From Octopus vulgaris (Eukaryota): a DNA stretch of 64,000 nucleotides. Shown here piece by piece: positions 39,551 to 53,413 of this stretch (positions within the stretch are counted from its first letter, which is position 1; the number at the start of each line of letters is the position of its first letter). The position numbers and the translations under genes were made by a program. Below the pieces are notes generated by a model. The model worked only from the letters and a program-made list of their open reading frames with translations. It was not told the origin of the DNA and did not search any database. The stretch lies in NCBI GenBank assembly GCA_951406725.2, contig OX597824.1:24304001-24368000 (forward strand), in the 5' to 3' direction.

Positions 39551-40439
39551 TAACACGAGGACAAAATTTATCATGTTTACTCTCAACCGAAGTAAGGCTC
39601 TATAACCTCACTGCCTCCTCCTGGTCCAATAGAAGAAAAATGGACCTTATGGAGGGGTCTCTAATAATTGGTTGTTTTATCCTGCTGCTCTAACCACTAG
39701 GCCATGTGCCTCCACTTGAACTCTCTTGGGAAGAACTTAAATCAAATTGAAAAAACTGCATACATACACTGTACATTTGACGTGCTGCCACCTTTGATTT
39801 TGTTTTTGTTTTTTGTTTTTTTTCTGGTTTTTGCTTATCGTTGTTTTTTGTTTGGGGGTTTGGAGGGGGACTGGGCATTTTCTCTTTTTGTTTTCGCTTT
39901 TTTTTTTTCTTTTGACGTTTACTGTATCGTCTGCGAAATCTCACTCACGAAAAAAATCCATTTGACCATTCAACACCCTGTTGCTCAAATTCTTGGTCTA
40001 TGATCCCACCGGTACCCGCCCGTCTTCCGCCTCTCTCCCACCCGCTCCCCAACCATCATTTTTTACTCCACACCCTTCTTATATATGCATATTTATCAAA
40101 AATATCAATACGCCTTGGTATAGAGACGAGTTCTCCGTCTAGACACAGCCTGTTGAGGACATTGACCTGGGTCACCTTATCACGCTGGGTCAGACTGACC
40201 TGTCATCCACATTTCTCGCATTTCCAAATGTTACTTCTCTTAGAGATTCCATATGGCTTTTATGTGTTTTCGTTGTGAACATATGTATGAGCGTGAATGT
40301 GTGTGTGTGTGTGTGTATGTATGTGAGTGTGTGTGTGTGTGTAGGTGTGTGTGCGCATGCTGGTGGGTGGTGAGTGCTTGCATTAGTGAGGGAGTGATGA
40401 GTATGTGTGTGTGTGTGTATGTTTGTTTGTGTGTGTGTA

Positions 40440-40477
<38 letters not shown>

Positions 40478-40545
40478 TGCACGCGTGTAAGTGTATACGC
40501 TTACATTATATACATATACATATACGTATAGAAAAATGCCGATGC

Positions 40546-40585
<40 letters not shown>

Positions 40586-40622
40586 ATATACATACGCACA
40601 TACATGTACATATATAGAAGCA

Positions 40623-40681
<59 letters not shown>

Positions 40682-40739
40682 TACACATCTGTATACATTT
40701 ATGTTTATATATATGTGTGTTTGTGTGTGTGCATGTGTT

Positions 40740-40796
<57 letters not shown>

Positions 40797-40903
40797 ATAT
40801 GAGTGTATATACATATATATGAATTTTTACATACCATACATATGTAAATAAACATATATTTATATACTTATGTAGATATACGTACATATATGTATGTATA
40901 TAC

Positions 40904-40934
<31 letters not shown>

Positions 40935-40973
40935 GGTTGATATATGCATACAAATATATGTATGTATGTATGC

Positions 40974-41013
<40 letters not shown>

Positions 41014-41048
41014 GTAATAATATATGTATATATATATGTATGTGCGTG

Positions 41049-41085
<37 letters not shown>

Positions 41086-42153
41086 ATATATGTATGTAAG
41101 TGTGTGTATGTATGTATGTATGTATGTATGTATGTATGCTCATAAGTGCGTATGTGAGTGTATATGCTTGAAGGGGGCTGTATCTAAGAGTGTGCACATA
41201 TGTTTTACTGCATATGTACGTGGAGAAAAAGATGTTATATTCAGGTATGTACGTACGTATGTATGTATGCGTACGCATGTGTCTATATAGGTAGGTGTGT
41301 GTTTGTATTTGCGTCATACGGAGTGAGATAGAGAGAACCTGGTGTCTGTATAGGCCTCGAGTGGGAAGAGAGGGAAGAGTCTGAAAGGTGCGAAGGCTAT
41401 ATGTGAGTGTGCGCGTTTGGGTGTCTGGTTATCTACCTGCATATACGGTATTCGATACCATATAAGACGCATTTTCTTTCCCCAAAAAATCTGTCAAAAG
41501 ATCGCCCCCTCCCTCCGTGTTCTATATGCAAAATTTGGCGTCACTTACACAAATTTTGTCCCTGACGCTCTCACTTACCCTACGCTAATTTTAATCCAAG
41601 CAGTCTCTTCTACCTGGCCCGACATTTTGTTTTATGTTCAGCTCTGCTGTTGACTTACTCTTTAAATGCAGTGATGTGTTCTGTTACAGCTAAGGCATTT
41701 TTGTAATATTGTGTAATAAAGTGTTAGATTTCTTTAAATATTACATGCTTTCACGGACTAAAAACTGTTTTACGTGAACTGGCGGCGCTGAAATCGGGAT
41801 TTGTGTGCCTTTCATGCCATCAAATTCGGTATATATACATACGTACATATAAACATGTATACATACATACGTATACACAAACACACACACGCAAAACGTA
41901 GAGTAGATGAAACCATGGCGACTGAAGAAGGGTTTTTTCCTTGTGTTATTTGTCCTGTACTCTATTTTTTTTGTTGTTTAAGAAAAATGTCCAGTTCCTT
42001 GGGTTTGTGTCTATGTTTTCGTTTCTCATTGTGTTCGACGTTTTTTTTTTTTTTTTGGTGTCCTGTACTCATATATGCGTGTATATATACATGTAGAGGT
42101 AGGTACGTACACATGTATATATATATATGCATATGTTTTATTTATTAATATAT

Positions 42154-42184
<31 letters not shown>

Positions 42185-42229
42185 GTGGATGTGTGTGTGT
42201 ATACATATATAGATAGATAGCTAGCTAGC

Positions 42230-42350
<121 letters not shown>

Positions 42351-42363
42351 GTGCATGCAGATT

Positions 42364-42590
42364 GTGAAGGTGCATGGCTCAGGTCAAGTCATATGGCTCA
42401 GGTGAAGGCGCATGGCTCAGGTCATATCGTATGCCTCAAGTGAGGACGCATGGCTCAGGTCAAGTCGCATGGCTCAAATGAAGACGCATGGCTCAGGTGA
42501 AGGCGCCGTGCTAAGTTCAAGTCTCATGGCTCAGGTAAGGATGCATGGCTCGGGTCAAGTCATATGGCTCAAGTGAAATCGCGTGGCACC
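42364..42590 (+). repeat. Minisatellite derived from a SINE head
   Basis: Alternating ~19-bp units gtgaaggcgcatggctcag / gtcaagtcatatggctcag. Confidence 0.8.
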
Positions 42591-42803
42591 TTGCCCAGAT
42601 GTCTGCTGACATAGCCTCGAGACGACCATTGCCGTGAGAGTGGATTTGGTAGACGGAAACTGAAAGAAGACCGCCGTATGTATGTATCTCTTTCACTTGT
42701 TTCAGTCATTAGACGGCGACCATGCTGGAGTACCGCCTTGAAGAATTGACCCCAGTACTTACTTTTTTTGGTACTTATTCTAATGGTTTCTTTTGCAGAA
42801 CAG

Positions 42804-42936
<133 letters not shown>

Positions 42937-43505
42937 AAGCAGTATATATACATGTCTATATATATATATATACACACACACATATATTTATATGCATAAA
43001 CGCTCATATAAAGATTCCATGTTTAACATGGATGCATATATATATATATATATAGACAGCCATGTGTGATGACACGTCTCTCTAGCGAAACCTCTTCATA
43101 GAAACAATTCTATATATATACATGCCTATATTGTGACACGTAGGTAACGGTTTGCTGATCATGTACACATCTGTTCCACGCTATACCTTTTGGTGACGGC
43201 GATTCATGTGTGTTTCTGTGTGTATATAAATGTCTGTGTGAGTGTGTGTATGTTTATGTATATGTATAATCTTTGTTCACTTCATTTTTATCATTTGACT
43301 GCGGCCATGCTGCAGCTCCGCCTTCGATGCACCAAAATTGAAAGCAATCTGAGCAAAATTAAAGGGAGCTCAATTTGCGAATGAAAAAGAATAGATCCCT
43401 TGGGCAGAAGACTGAACTCGGAGCTATGTGGTTGGGAAGCAAACCTATCATACAGCCACAGCCATATCTGGCTATGTGTATGTGTATATATATATATATA
43501 AATGA

Positions 43506-44726
43506 AAGAATGAATGTTTTTATATATAATGAACGTGAAATACAGGAAGGGACGAACACGGAACACAGACAAATCATTCGAAGCCTTCAATCTTCAGTCA
43601 GACACCGAATCATCATAGCAAATTTCGGCTGTTCAATTCTGATATTTGCTCCAACTCGGCCAGCCCCAAGAAAAAAAACTAAGCTGTAAGCATTAGATTT
43701 CTTGGTAGAAGACAGGAATGTGAACGCACAAGACGGATGTGAATACAAGAGACGAAAACGAAATTGAAAACAGTAATGAATAAACAAAATATATAGAACG
43801 GTGGTTGTCATACGACTTTAGACCATATGAGACAAAAACACAACAACAACATAGCTGGCGTAGAAATAATTACCGTTTCGGTAGCGGGGACACATGTTGG
43901 TCGAGATACGAAGGCCAACAGAATGGTTTAGAAGCAGCAGGTCGCAGGAGAGAGAGAAAGAGAGACAGAGAGAGAGGGAATCAAAGAGGGTGGAAGGCAG
44001 GGGACAGAATCAGTGACCAAGAGAGAAGGAGAAAGAAGGGATTAAGGAGGATGGGAGGAAGAGGGGAGGAGGATGGGAGGAAGAATCGGAGGGCGCCAAA
44101 AAGTTTGGTGAAGAAGCAATGGCGGGTAGTAAAAGACAGTGTGTATAGAAGTCGTGCAGGGTTTAAAATTGGACAAACAAACGGGGGGTGCACGTAACGC
44201 CGCAATAATATAAGAATGAATGTTTTTATATATAATGAACGTGAAATACAGGAAGGGACGAACACGGAACACAGACAAATCATTCGAAGCCTTCAATCTT
44301 CAGTCAGACACCGAATCATCATAGCAAATTTCGGCTGTTCAATTCTGATATTTGCTCCAACTCGGCCAGCCCCAAGAAAAAAACTAAGCTGTAAGCATTA
44401 GATTTCTTGGTAGAAGACAGGAATGTGAACGCACAAGACGGATGTGAATACAAGAGACGAAAACGAAATTGAAAACAGTAATGAATAAACAAAATATATA
44501 GAACGGTGGTTGTCATACGACTTTAGACCAAATGAGACAAAAACACAACAACAACATAGCTGGCGTAGAAATAATTACCGTTTCGGTAGCGGGGACACAT
44601 GTTGGTCGAGATACGAAGGCCAACAGAATGGTTTAAGAAGCAGCAGGTCGCAGGAGAGAGAGAAAGAGAGACAGAGAGAGAGGGAATCAAAGAGGGTGGA
44701 AGGCAGGGGACAGAATCAGTGACCAA
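43506..44726 (-). mobile_element. 706-bp unit in partial tandem (1.7 copies) between (TA)n tracts, probably a PLE pseudo-LTR
   Basis: 43506-44020 is nearly identical to 44212-44726; lies just downstream of a PLE ORF on the minus strand. Confidence 0.65.
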
Positions 44727-44744
44727 TATATATATATACATACA

Positions 44745-45465
44745 CATAGCCAGACAGATGGGGATGGATTGTGTACGGGTGGGGTTACGAGGGAAGGGTG
44801 ACGATAAAGGGAGAGGGGAAGGAAGAAGGTGAGTAGGAGTGAAGAGAAGAGAGAAGGAGAGTAGGAGTGAAGAGAAGTAGGAGTCGTAGCAAGAGAGAAA
44901 AGGTGGGTGGGAGGAAGTAGGTGTGAGAGGGAGAGAGGGAGGGGAGGAGGTTAGAGGAAGAGGGGAGGAGAGTTGAGTCCATGTGGCACAAAGGAGCGAA
45001 GAGAGAAGATTAATATCTGTTCACGGCGCAAACGGGAGTCCGGATGGCCCCTGTGCAAGGACAATCCGAACACGAACTGGTGAGGCAAAGAGTGACCGGT
45101 AGAGCGGAAGTGGCACGAGACCGGGATGTCATTGCCGAGTGGGATGTCTCGGAGGTGTTCCGCGAACCGGTCAGCCAAGCGGCGTCCCATTTGCCCGATA
45201 TATAGAAAAGGGCAGAGAGAGTAGGAGATGCAGTAGATAACACTGGTAGAAGTACAGGTGAAGGAGTCGGTGATATGATAGGGTCGATGATGGGTACCGG
45301 TGAGGAGGGTGGGTTGGAGAGGTATGGGTAAGTGCGGCATCGTGGGTGGGAACAGGGGAAGGAGCCGGGTTGGGAAGTTGGGTTAGGGAAGAAGCTGTGG
45401 ACCAAGAGGTCTCGTAGGTTGTGGGCTCGTTTGAAGGAGGGAGTGGTCGGTTAGGGAAGATCTCG
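44745..45465 (-). mobile_element. Penelope-like element (Neptune-type) GIY-YIG C-terminus plus 3' region
   Basis: FKRAHNLRDLLVHS..PCSHPRCRTYPY (Cys linker)..FTCTSTSVIYCISYSLCPFLYIGQMGRRLADRFAEHLRDI..VSCHF..RREQILIFSLRSFVPHGLN; frameshifts; stop at 44951. Confidence 0.9.
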
Positions 45466-45908
45466 TTTTAAGTACAAGTTATAAACATGCGAGCTGTAAT
45501 ATTTTCTTGCTTGGAGAGGCGTCTAGACAGGTTTTTTATAACATGCCTTGTACCTTCATATGTGTGCATGTGTGTATGTGGCAGGGTGATGGACTGGTGT
45601 CCCATTCAAGGGGGAATGCTTAAGTCTAGAGTAACCGGAATGGAGAACTGTAGTTTCTAGAGAACCTACTACTTACTACTACAAGTTTCATTATACTGAA
45701 GTTTCGGTTACAAACGAAGCAGCGCGAGAGTTTCTCATTCTTCTCGAAATGTTCCTTATGCACAAAAGTATTTAGGCACAAGAGTGGCTGTGTGGCAAGT
45801 AGCTTGCTTACCAACGTACGAATGAGAATTATTGGACTGAGTAGAAGGGCTCTAAGTTCCGAATTAATTAACCATATGTATGTACGTATGTATATATGTA
45901 TGTATGTA

Positions 45909-45939
<31 letters not shown>

Positions 45940-46123
45940 TGTATGTATGTATGTATGTATGTATGTATGTATGTATGTATGTCATTGTTCAGTTTATTTC
46001 AAGATTTCTTGCCAATAGAGACGGAACCGCTTTCTAACCTAGATCCAATGCTCCAACATTAGGATTTCAACATCATCAACATATTTTTATTTGTATGTTT
46101 GTATGTATGTATATATATACATA

Positions 46124-46226
<103 letters not shown>

Positions 46227-46382
46227 GTAAGTAATATTTTTATAGGCTTAAAGCTTATAAACGATCACCTTCCATTGACCAAAGAAAATAGTCTAATATT
46301 AGTACAAACAGGACCCCGACGGAAAAAACTAGGGTTTACCGTACGCATGGGAGTCGAACCCACACGACAAACTCTACATTTT

Positions 46383-46633
46383 TCTTTTACTTGTTTCAGT
46401 CATTTAACTGCGGCCATACTGGAGTACCGTCTTTAGTCGAGCAAATCGACCCCAGGACTTATTCTTTGCAGGCCTGGTACTTATTTTATCGGTCTCTTTG
46501 GCTGAAACGCTAGGTTACAGGAACGTAAACACAACAGCATCGGTTGTCAAGCGATGTTGGGAGAACAAACGCAGACACACAAACATATACACACACATAC
46601 GTACATACATACATACATACATACATACACACT

Positions 46634-46679
<46 letters not shown>

Positions 46680-46893
46680 AATATATATATGTGTGTGTAT
46701 ATATATATTTATTTATATATATAATTATGACTGGCTTCTTTCAGTTTCCGTCTACCAAATCCACTCACAAGGCTTTGGTCGGCTCGAGGTTATAGTAGAA
46801 GGCACTTGTCCAAGGTGTCACACAGTACTACTGAAACCGCAACCACGTGGCTGATAAGCAACCTTCTTACCGCACACCCACTGCTGCACCTAT
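46383..46893 (-). mobile_element. SINE family K inserted between fold-back arms
   Basis: Full-length copy separating arms homologous to 33962-34166. Confidence 0.85.
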
Positions 46894-47408
46894 ATGCCCA
46901 GTATTAGACTATTTACCTTAGTCAATGCACTGTGATCGCTTTTAAGCTTTAAGCTCATAAAATATTATTATTATTATTTACAAATCGTAAAAATTCAAAG
47001 AAAACACACACGCATACATACACTCACAAACACACGCATGTATGTATGTATGTATGTATGTATGTACTTATGTATGCATGTATGTTTGCATGTAGGTATG
47101 TATGTATGTATGTAGGTGCTGTGTATATATATACACAAGCACACGTTGACAAATGGTGACACAGCCTCACGCACTTATATGTCTATGTCTAAGAAAGTAT
47201 GTGTGTATGAATGAGAAATAGATTTTAAAAAAAAAAAAGAAAAAGAAGTGCTGCCTTGATAAAGATATCTTACATATGTGCAGCCTGTGCAACATGTGCA
47301 TGTTCTATTTGCATTCTGACGTCATAATTACGTCATAGCGCTAAAATGCATCGAAATTACAGTTTGAATTATCTCATTTGTTATGTCCCGGCATATCTTG
47401 CTGACAAG

Positions 47409-47724
47409 GCGGCGGCGGTGGTGTTGGTGGTGGCTTGGTGGTGGCTTGTTGGTGGTGGTTGGTGGTGGTGGTGGTGGTGGTGGTGTCGGTGGTGTAGGTG
47501 GTGGTGTCGGTGGTGGTGGTGGTGGTGGTGGTGTCGGTGGTGGTGTAGGTGGTGGTGGTGGTGGTGGTGGTGGTGGTGGTGGCTTGGTGGTGGTGGAGGT
47601 GGTGGTGGTGGTGGTGGTGGTGGAGGTGGTGGCTTGGTGGTGATGGTGGTGGTGGTGGTGTAGGTGGTTGTGGTGGTGGTGGTGGTGGTGGTGGTGGTGG
47701 GTGGTGGTGGTGGTGGTGGTGGTA
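47409..47724. repeat. (GGT)n trinucleotide tract
   Basis: Imperfect GGT repeat of ~315 bp. Confidence 0.95.
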
Positions 47725-47875
47725 ACGTCCGATACGTGTTGATTAATAATGACCGAAACATATGGCTCTGCCAGGCTGTTGACATTCAGGTAGGCACACG
47801 GTGCAAGTAATTTGTGGGAAAAAAACTTCAACGTGGTCACAAAAACCAGCTCCACTAAATCGTTCCACAACTTCT

Positions 47876-48562
47876 TATTTCTTTATAGCCCACAAGGGGC
47901 TAAACATAGAGGGGACAAACAAAGACAGACGGAGGGATTAAGTCGATTACATCGACTCCAGTGCGTAACTGGTACTTAATTTATCGACCCCGAAAGGATG
48001 AAAGGCAAAGTCGACCTCGGCGGAATTTGAACTCAGAACGTAACGGCAGACGAAATACCTATTTCTTTACTACCCACAAGGGGCTACGCACAGAGGGGAC
48101 AAACAAGGACATACGGAGGGATTAAGTCGATTACATCGACTCCAGTGCGTAACTGGTACTTAATTTATCGACCCCGAAAGAATGAAAGGCAAAGTCGACC
48201 TCGGCGGAATTTGAACTCAGAACGTAACGGCAGACGAAATACCTATTTCTTTACTACCCACAAGGGGCTACGCACAGAGGGGACAAACAAGGACATACGG
48301 AGGGATTAAGTCGATTACATCGACTCCAGTGCGTAACTGGTACTTAATTTATCGACCCCGAAAGAATAAAAGGCAAAGTCGACCTCGGTGGAATTTAAAC
48401 TCAGAACGTAACGGCAGACGAAATGCTTATTTCTTTACTGCCCAAGGGGGGCTTAACACAGAGAGAACAAACAAGGACAGACAAACGGATTAAGTCGATT
48501 ACATCGACACCAGTGCGTAACTGGTTCCTATTTAATTGACCCCGAAAAGGTGAAAGGCAAAG
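47876..48562 (-). mobile_element. SINE family M body tetramer (~183-bp period), headless
   Basis: Four consecutive body units, the last truncated against an opposite-strand family K tail. Confidence 0.9.
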
Positions 48563-49253
48563 TACTAGGCATACAAAGAATAAGTCCTGGGGTCGATTTG
48601 CTCGGCTAAAGGCGGTGCTCCAGCATGGTCGCAATCATATGACTGAAACCAGTAAAAGAGTAAAGAGAGAAATACGAATCTAGCTGTTTCTAGCATTGAA
48701 TGGTTGGAAACAAATTTTTTTCATGGACTTTTAAAATGCTATTGTGGATCCCCAATTAAAGAAGTTTATGATGATGATGATCATCATCATCCACATCTTC
48801 ATCAACATCATCATCATGATCGTGATGATGTGGGTAATGATGATGTTGATGATGATGATGATGGGGGAGGAGGAAGAGAGGTAGAACTAGATGGTGAAGG
48901 AAGAAGAAAAGAGAGAGTAAGAAGTAAAGCAAAAAAGAAGTGGAAGAATGGAGGGGAAGGAGGATGAGGAAGAGGAGCGAAGAAGAAGAAGAAGAAGAAG
49001 AAGAAGAAGAAGAAGAAGAAGAAGAAGAAGAAGAAGAAGAAGAAGAAGAAGAAGAAAAAGAAGAAGAAGATTGGGGGAGCAGGTAGAAAGTTAAAATGTG
49101 AAAGAAAAAGTTTGTAAAAAAAGATCAGGGTATAGAAGAAAGATCAAAAGAAAGAAAGAAAGAAAGAAAGAAAAGAAGAAAGAAAGGAAGAAAGAAAGAA
49201 AGAGGGAGGAAGGAAAGAAAGAAAGAAAGAAAAAAGAAAAAAAGGAAAGAAAA

Positions 49254-49286
<33 letters not shown>

Positions 49287-49410
49287 GAAGGTGAGAAAGA
49301 GAGAAAGAAAGAATGATGACCTAAAAAGATAAGATAGTAGCAAAAGAAAGAAAGTGATGAATTTATCACCGTCTTAAATGGCCGACTTCATTCATTTTGT
49401 CTCTTTTATT

Positions 49411-49449
<39 letters not shown>

Positions 49450-49556
49450 GGTTGTATATCTGTATATATATATATCAGGCGCCATGACAGATCGTTAGCC
49501 GCTACACAAATTTTTTTTCTCTCCTTGTTTCTCTCATTGTTTTTTTTCTGTCTCCC

Positions 49557-49592
49557 TCTTATGTAGAAGAGCGAAGGCTCGAAACATAAAAT
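49557..49592 (+). ncRNA. Degenerate hammerhead, family A (element ~49477-49690)
   Basis: AUGUAGA-A-GAGC(GAAG)GCUC-GAAAC-AUA. Confidence 0.4.
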
Positions 49593-49688
49593 ACTTTCTC
49601 TATTCCTGAGCGCTATACTAATACATCTGTTTGTTTTGTACACCGCCTATCTTCGTCTTTTGTTTTTTTTTTCGTAAACTTTCCCTAT

Positions 49689-49749
<61 letters not shown>

Positions 49750-49907
49750 TGTTGTATGTCTGTATATGTATATATATATATTATATATACACGCCACTAT
49801 ATAAGATAAATTTCAATTTTCTTAGAGATTTTACATGTTTCGGTTCTTCTAAGAAAATTAAAATTTATCTTATTTCGTGGCGTTTTCAAACTTCTTTTAT
49901 TTATATA

Positions 49908-50272
49908 CTAGCAGTATCGCCCGGCGTTGCTCGGGTTTGTAAGGGAAATAACTATAAAGCATTTTTAGAGAGTTATAGCCAAAAAAATGGAAAAAAAATG
50001 ATGGTAAATTTTTTTTAGTTAAAAAGGTCGAGTTGCGTCCCCTAGACAGTCTGTGGTTTGTGTTTCTGATTCTCGACTCTATGTCGAATTTATCGATTTT
50101 TTTTCAGAACTGGGGGAACTTTTCAAAATTTTCGCTGCGTTAGTTTTGAATTATGACATTGGGCTATGTGTGTGTCAAGTTTCATCAGAATCGGTTGAAA
50201 GCCGTGGTCAGGGTGAGGGTACAACCTGACAGACACACAGAAACACACACAGACAAACTGCCGTTTATATAT

Positions 50273-50275
<3 letters not shown>
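49908..50275 (-). mobile_element. Non-autonomous Helitron, variant with a different 5' part
   Basis: Shared CTAG/hairpin 3' end; 5' TCtatatataaa. Confidence 0.8.
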
Positions 50276-50315
<40 letters not shown>

Positions 50316-50389
50316 CACTCGTACGCCACCTACACTTTTTATAAAATATATGTGTGTGTGTGTGTGTTTCTCTGTGTGTGCGTGTGTTT

Positions 50390-50453
<64 letters not shown>

Positions 50454-50879
50454 CTGTGTGTGAGTGTGTGTGATTGTGTGTGTGTGTGTTTTATTTATCC
50501 GGATGAAAATTTACGTTCTCTGCTAAGGGAATTATTCCCTAAGTTTCCAGTGTCTTTTTTTATTTACGAATTTCTTATCATATCCGTATGAATATATCTC
50601 CTTTTTTTATTTTCAGCTGATCATTATATAATCAAATGTTCATTATAAGAATTAATTCATTAAAAGGAGTTCAATAACTGTCTCCAAATGAAATTAAATG
50701 GAGCAGATTTTGATGTTAATGATGGATTTTTTTCATTTATTCAATAATCCCAGACAGCTGTTTCTGTCAAAAAGACCATGATATAATAAAACAATGCATA
50801 TTATTATCATATAATGTCTTTTTGTACTCATCAATGGGTTAAAAGTAAAAATTTTAAGTAAGAGGTTTTGGATTTATTA

Positions 50880-51290
50880 CAAACAAGGACGAACAAAGGG
50901 ATTATCTCGATTACATCGACCCCAGTGCGTAACTGGTACTTATGTAATCGACCCCGAAAGGATGAAAGGCAAAGTGGACCTCGGCAGAATTTGAACTCAG
51001 AACATAAAGTCAGGCGAAACAACGCTAATCATTTCGCCCAGCGTACTAATGTTTCTTATTTCTTTATTGCCCACAAGGGGCTAAACATAGAGGGGACAAA
51101 CAAGAACAGACAAATGGATTAAGTCCATTAAATCGACCCCAGTGCGTAACTGGTACTTATGTAATCGACGCCGAAAGGATGAAATGCAAAGTCGACCTCG
51201 GCAGAATTTGAACTTATAACATAATGTCAGACAAAACAGCGCTAAGCATTTCGCCCAGCGTACTAACGTTTCTACCAGCGCGCCGCCTTT
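50880..51290 (-). mobile_element. SINE family M dimer
   Basis: Two body units plus a head at ~51288. Confidence 0.85.
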
Positions 51291-51499
51291 ACAAATGTTT
51301 ATACCAATTGTATTATAGTGTTGGGAATTCGGCGGCGACGGCGGTGGAGATGCGTGAGGGGTAGTGGTGGTGGCTGTAATGGCTGTAATGCATTTCACTG
51401 TTAGTTTGCTGGGTAAGGAGTGACCTTCCCATGAATAACAAAATTTTAAAAAACAGCACTTCTACGTTGATATTCGGATATATATGAATTTGTTTAGTT

Positions 51500-51695
51500 T
51501 TCTTGATGAGATGATTCAGCGGGAGTTGAACGAAAGAGAATACCTAGGACTGACCTTGGGACATCCCCCAACACAGGTGAGTTTGGTACAGGTATTTTCC
51601 CCAGTCTGTACATTTTGCGTGGGTGGGGTTCGGTGAATACACGGACCGAGGACATAGTGTGGGTGTTAAACCGGACGGTGATATGCGAACAGGTA
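51500..51695 (-). mobile_element. Highly decayed non-LTR RT fragment (CR1/L2-like)
   Basis: TQNVQTGENTCTKLTCVGGCP[frameshift]SVLGILF resembles the GVPQGSVLGPxLF motif. Confidence 0.5.
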
Positions 51696-51720
51696 CACAC
51701 AAATACACAAACACACACAC

Positions 51721-51752
<32 letters not shown>

Positions 51753-51787
51753 ATACTAGACAGACAGACAGACAGACAGACAGATAT

Positions 51788-51885
<98 letters not shown>

Positions 51886-52100
51886 CCTAAGACAGTCAAA
51901 CAGACAGACAGACAGACAGACAGAGACAGACAGACAGACAGAGACAGACAGAGACAGACAGAGAGACAGAGAGACAGATAGATTTCTTGATCCTAAGACA
52001 GTCAAACAGACAGACAGACAGACAGACAGAGACAGACAGACAGACAGAGACAGACAGACAGAGACAGACAGAGAGACAGAGAGACAGAGAGACAGATAGA

Positions 52101-52263
52101 TTTCTTTCTTGGTCACGCGGGGCTGAACACAGAAGGGACAAAATACAAAGTAGAGCTTTTCTTTTTGGGAAGAAGGACAAAAAAAAGGAGAGAGGGAATT
52201 CCGATCAAAAGGGATCGTGAAAAAAAAAAGTGGGAGGGCCAATCAATAGGGATCGTGTATCAC

Positions 52264-52265
<2 letters not shown>
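52101..52265 (-). mobile_element. LINE-like 3' tail, second copy of the 1-297 family
   Basis: See 1-297; embedded in (GATA/GACA)n. Confidence 0.5.
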
Positions 52266-52294
<29 letters not shown>

Positions 52295-52489
52295 TAGAGG
52301 ATTATATAATGAAAGAAAAACAATTTGGATGTATTCAATTATATTCTCCTAATTGTTCTTTTTTTTAGCCACTTCTTTGGAGTGTCATTCAGAATATACT
52401 TGACCAGCTGTGTGTTTGCATGTGTGTGTGTGTGTGTGTGTGTGTGAGTGCTTGCATGTGTGTGTGTGTATGTGTGTGTGTGTGTATGT

Positions 52490-52547
<58 letters not shown>

Positions 52548-52708
52548 ATAAATAGATTTCTTGAAACGTAGATATATAGCTAATTGAGATAGATAGACAG
52601 ACAGACACACAGACAGACTGACGGACACGCTGACTGACAGACACGCTGACTGACAGACGGACAAACAGAGAGGCAGATAGAGAGACAGACGAACAGATGG
52701 ACAGAAAA

Positions 52709-52817
<109 letters not shown>

Positions 52818-52912
52818 CAGACAGACACGCTGACTGGTAGACATACAGACAAGCTGATAAACAGACAGAGAGACGGACAGGCAGACGGACGGGCAGACAG
52901 ACAGACAAATAG

Positions 52913-52961
<49 letters not shown>

Positions 52962-52970
52962 TAGACAGAC

Positions 52971-53034
<64 letters not shown>

Positions 53035-53288
53035 TGACAGACAATAGTAATGACACGCTGTTTATAGTTGTCTAGCATGTGACTTTCAGTTTGCGATGTG
53101 CGTAGATTGGGTGCAGTATATAGGCGTTGCAATTGTTTGGGTGTTGAATAGATTTACAAAAACCGCAAAACTATTAAAATAGTAACCAACTCATTTATAC
53201 ATTATGTATGTGTGTGTTTCCATGTCTCTGTGTGTCTGTGTGTGTGCACGGAAATATTGAAATATATGTGTATGTATATATGTGTATA

Positions 53289-53345
53289 TATTGGGTTGGC
53301 AACTAAGTTCCCACCGTTTTTATAAATTTTGGAATTTATTGTGTG
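53289..53345 (+). mobile_element. Mariner TIR fragment
   Basis: tattgggttggcaactaagttcccaccgttttt resembles mariner termini. Confidence 0.45.
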
Positions 53346-53413
53346 TTTAAATTTTGAAATCTATGTTGTGCGTATGGTGGGACTGGGAAGGGATTATCCA
53401 TTACGAAACGTGG

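Noticed and set aside
41890-41945. aaaacgtagagt / ctgaagaaggg hammerhead-like words
   Set aside because: Boxes are in the wrong order for a type-I fold and lack closing stems; at most a truncated remnant.
47328-47870. Pro/His/Thr- or Gly-rich ORFs resembling formin, extensin or glycine-rich proteins
   Set aside because: Explained by a (GGT)n tract open in most frames; the flanks give no recognisable protein.
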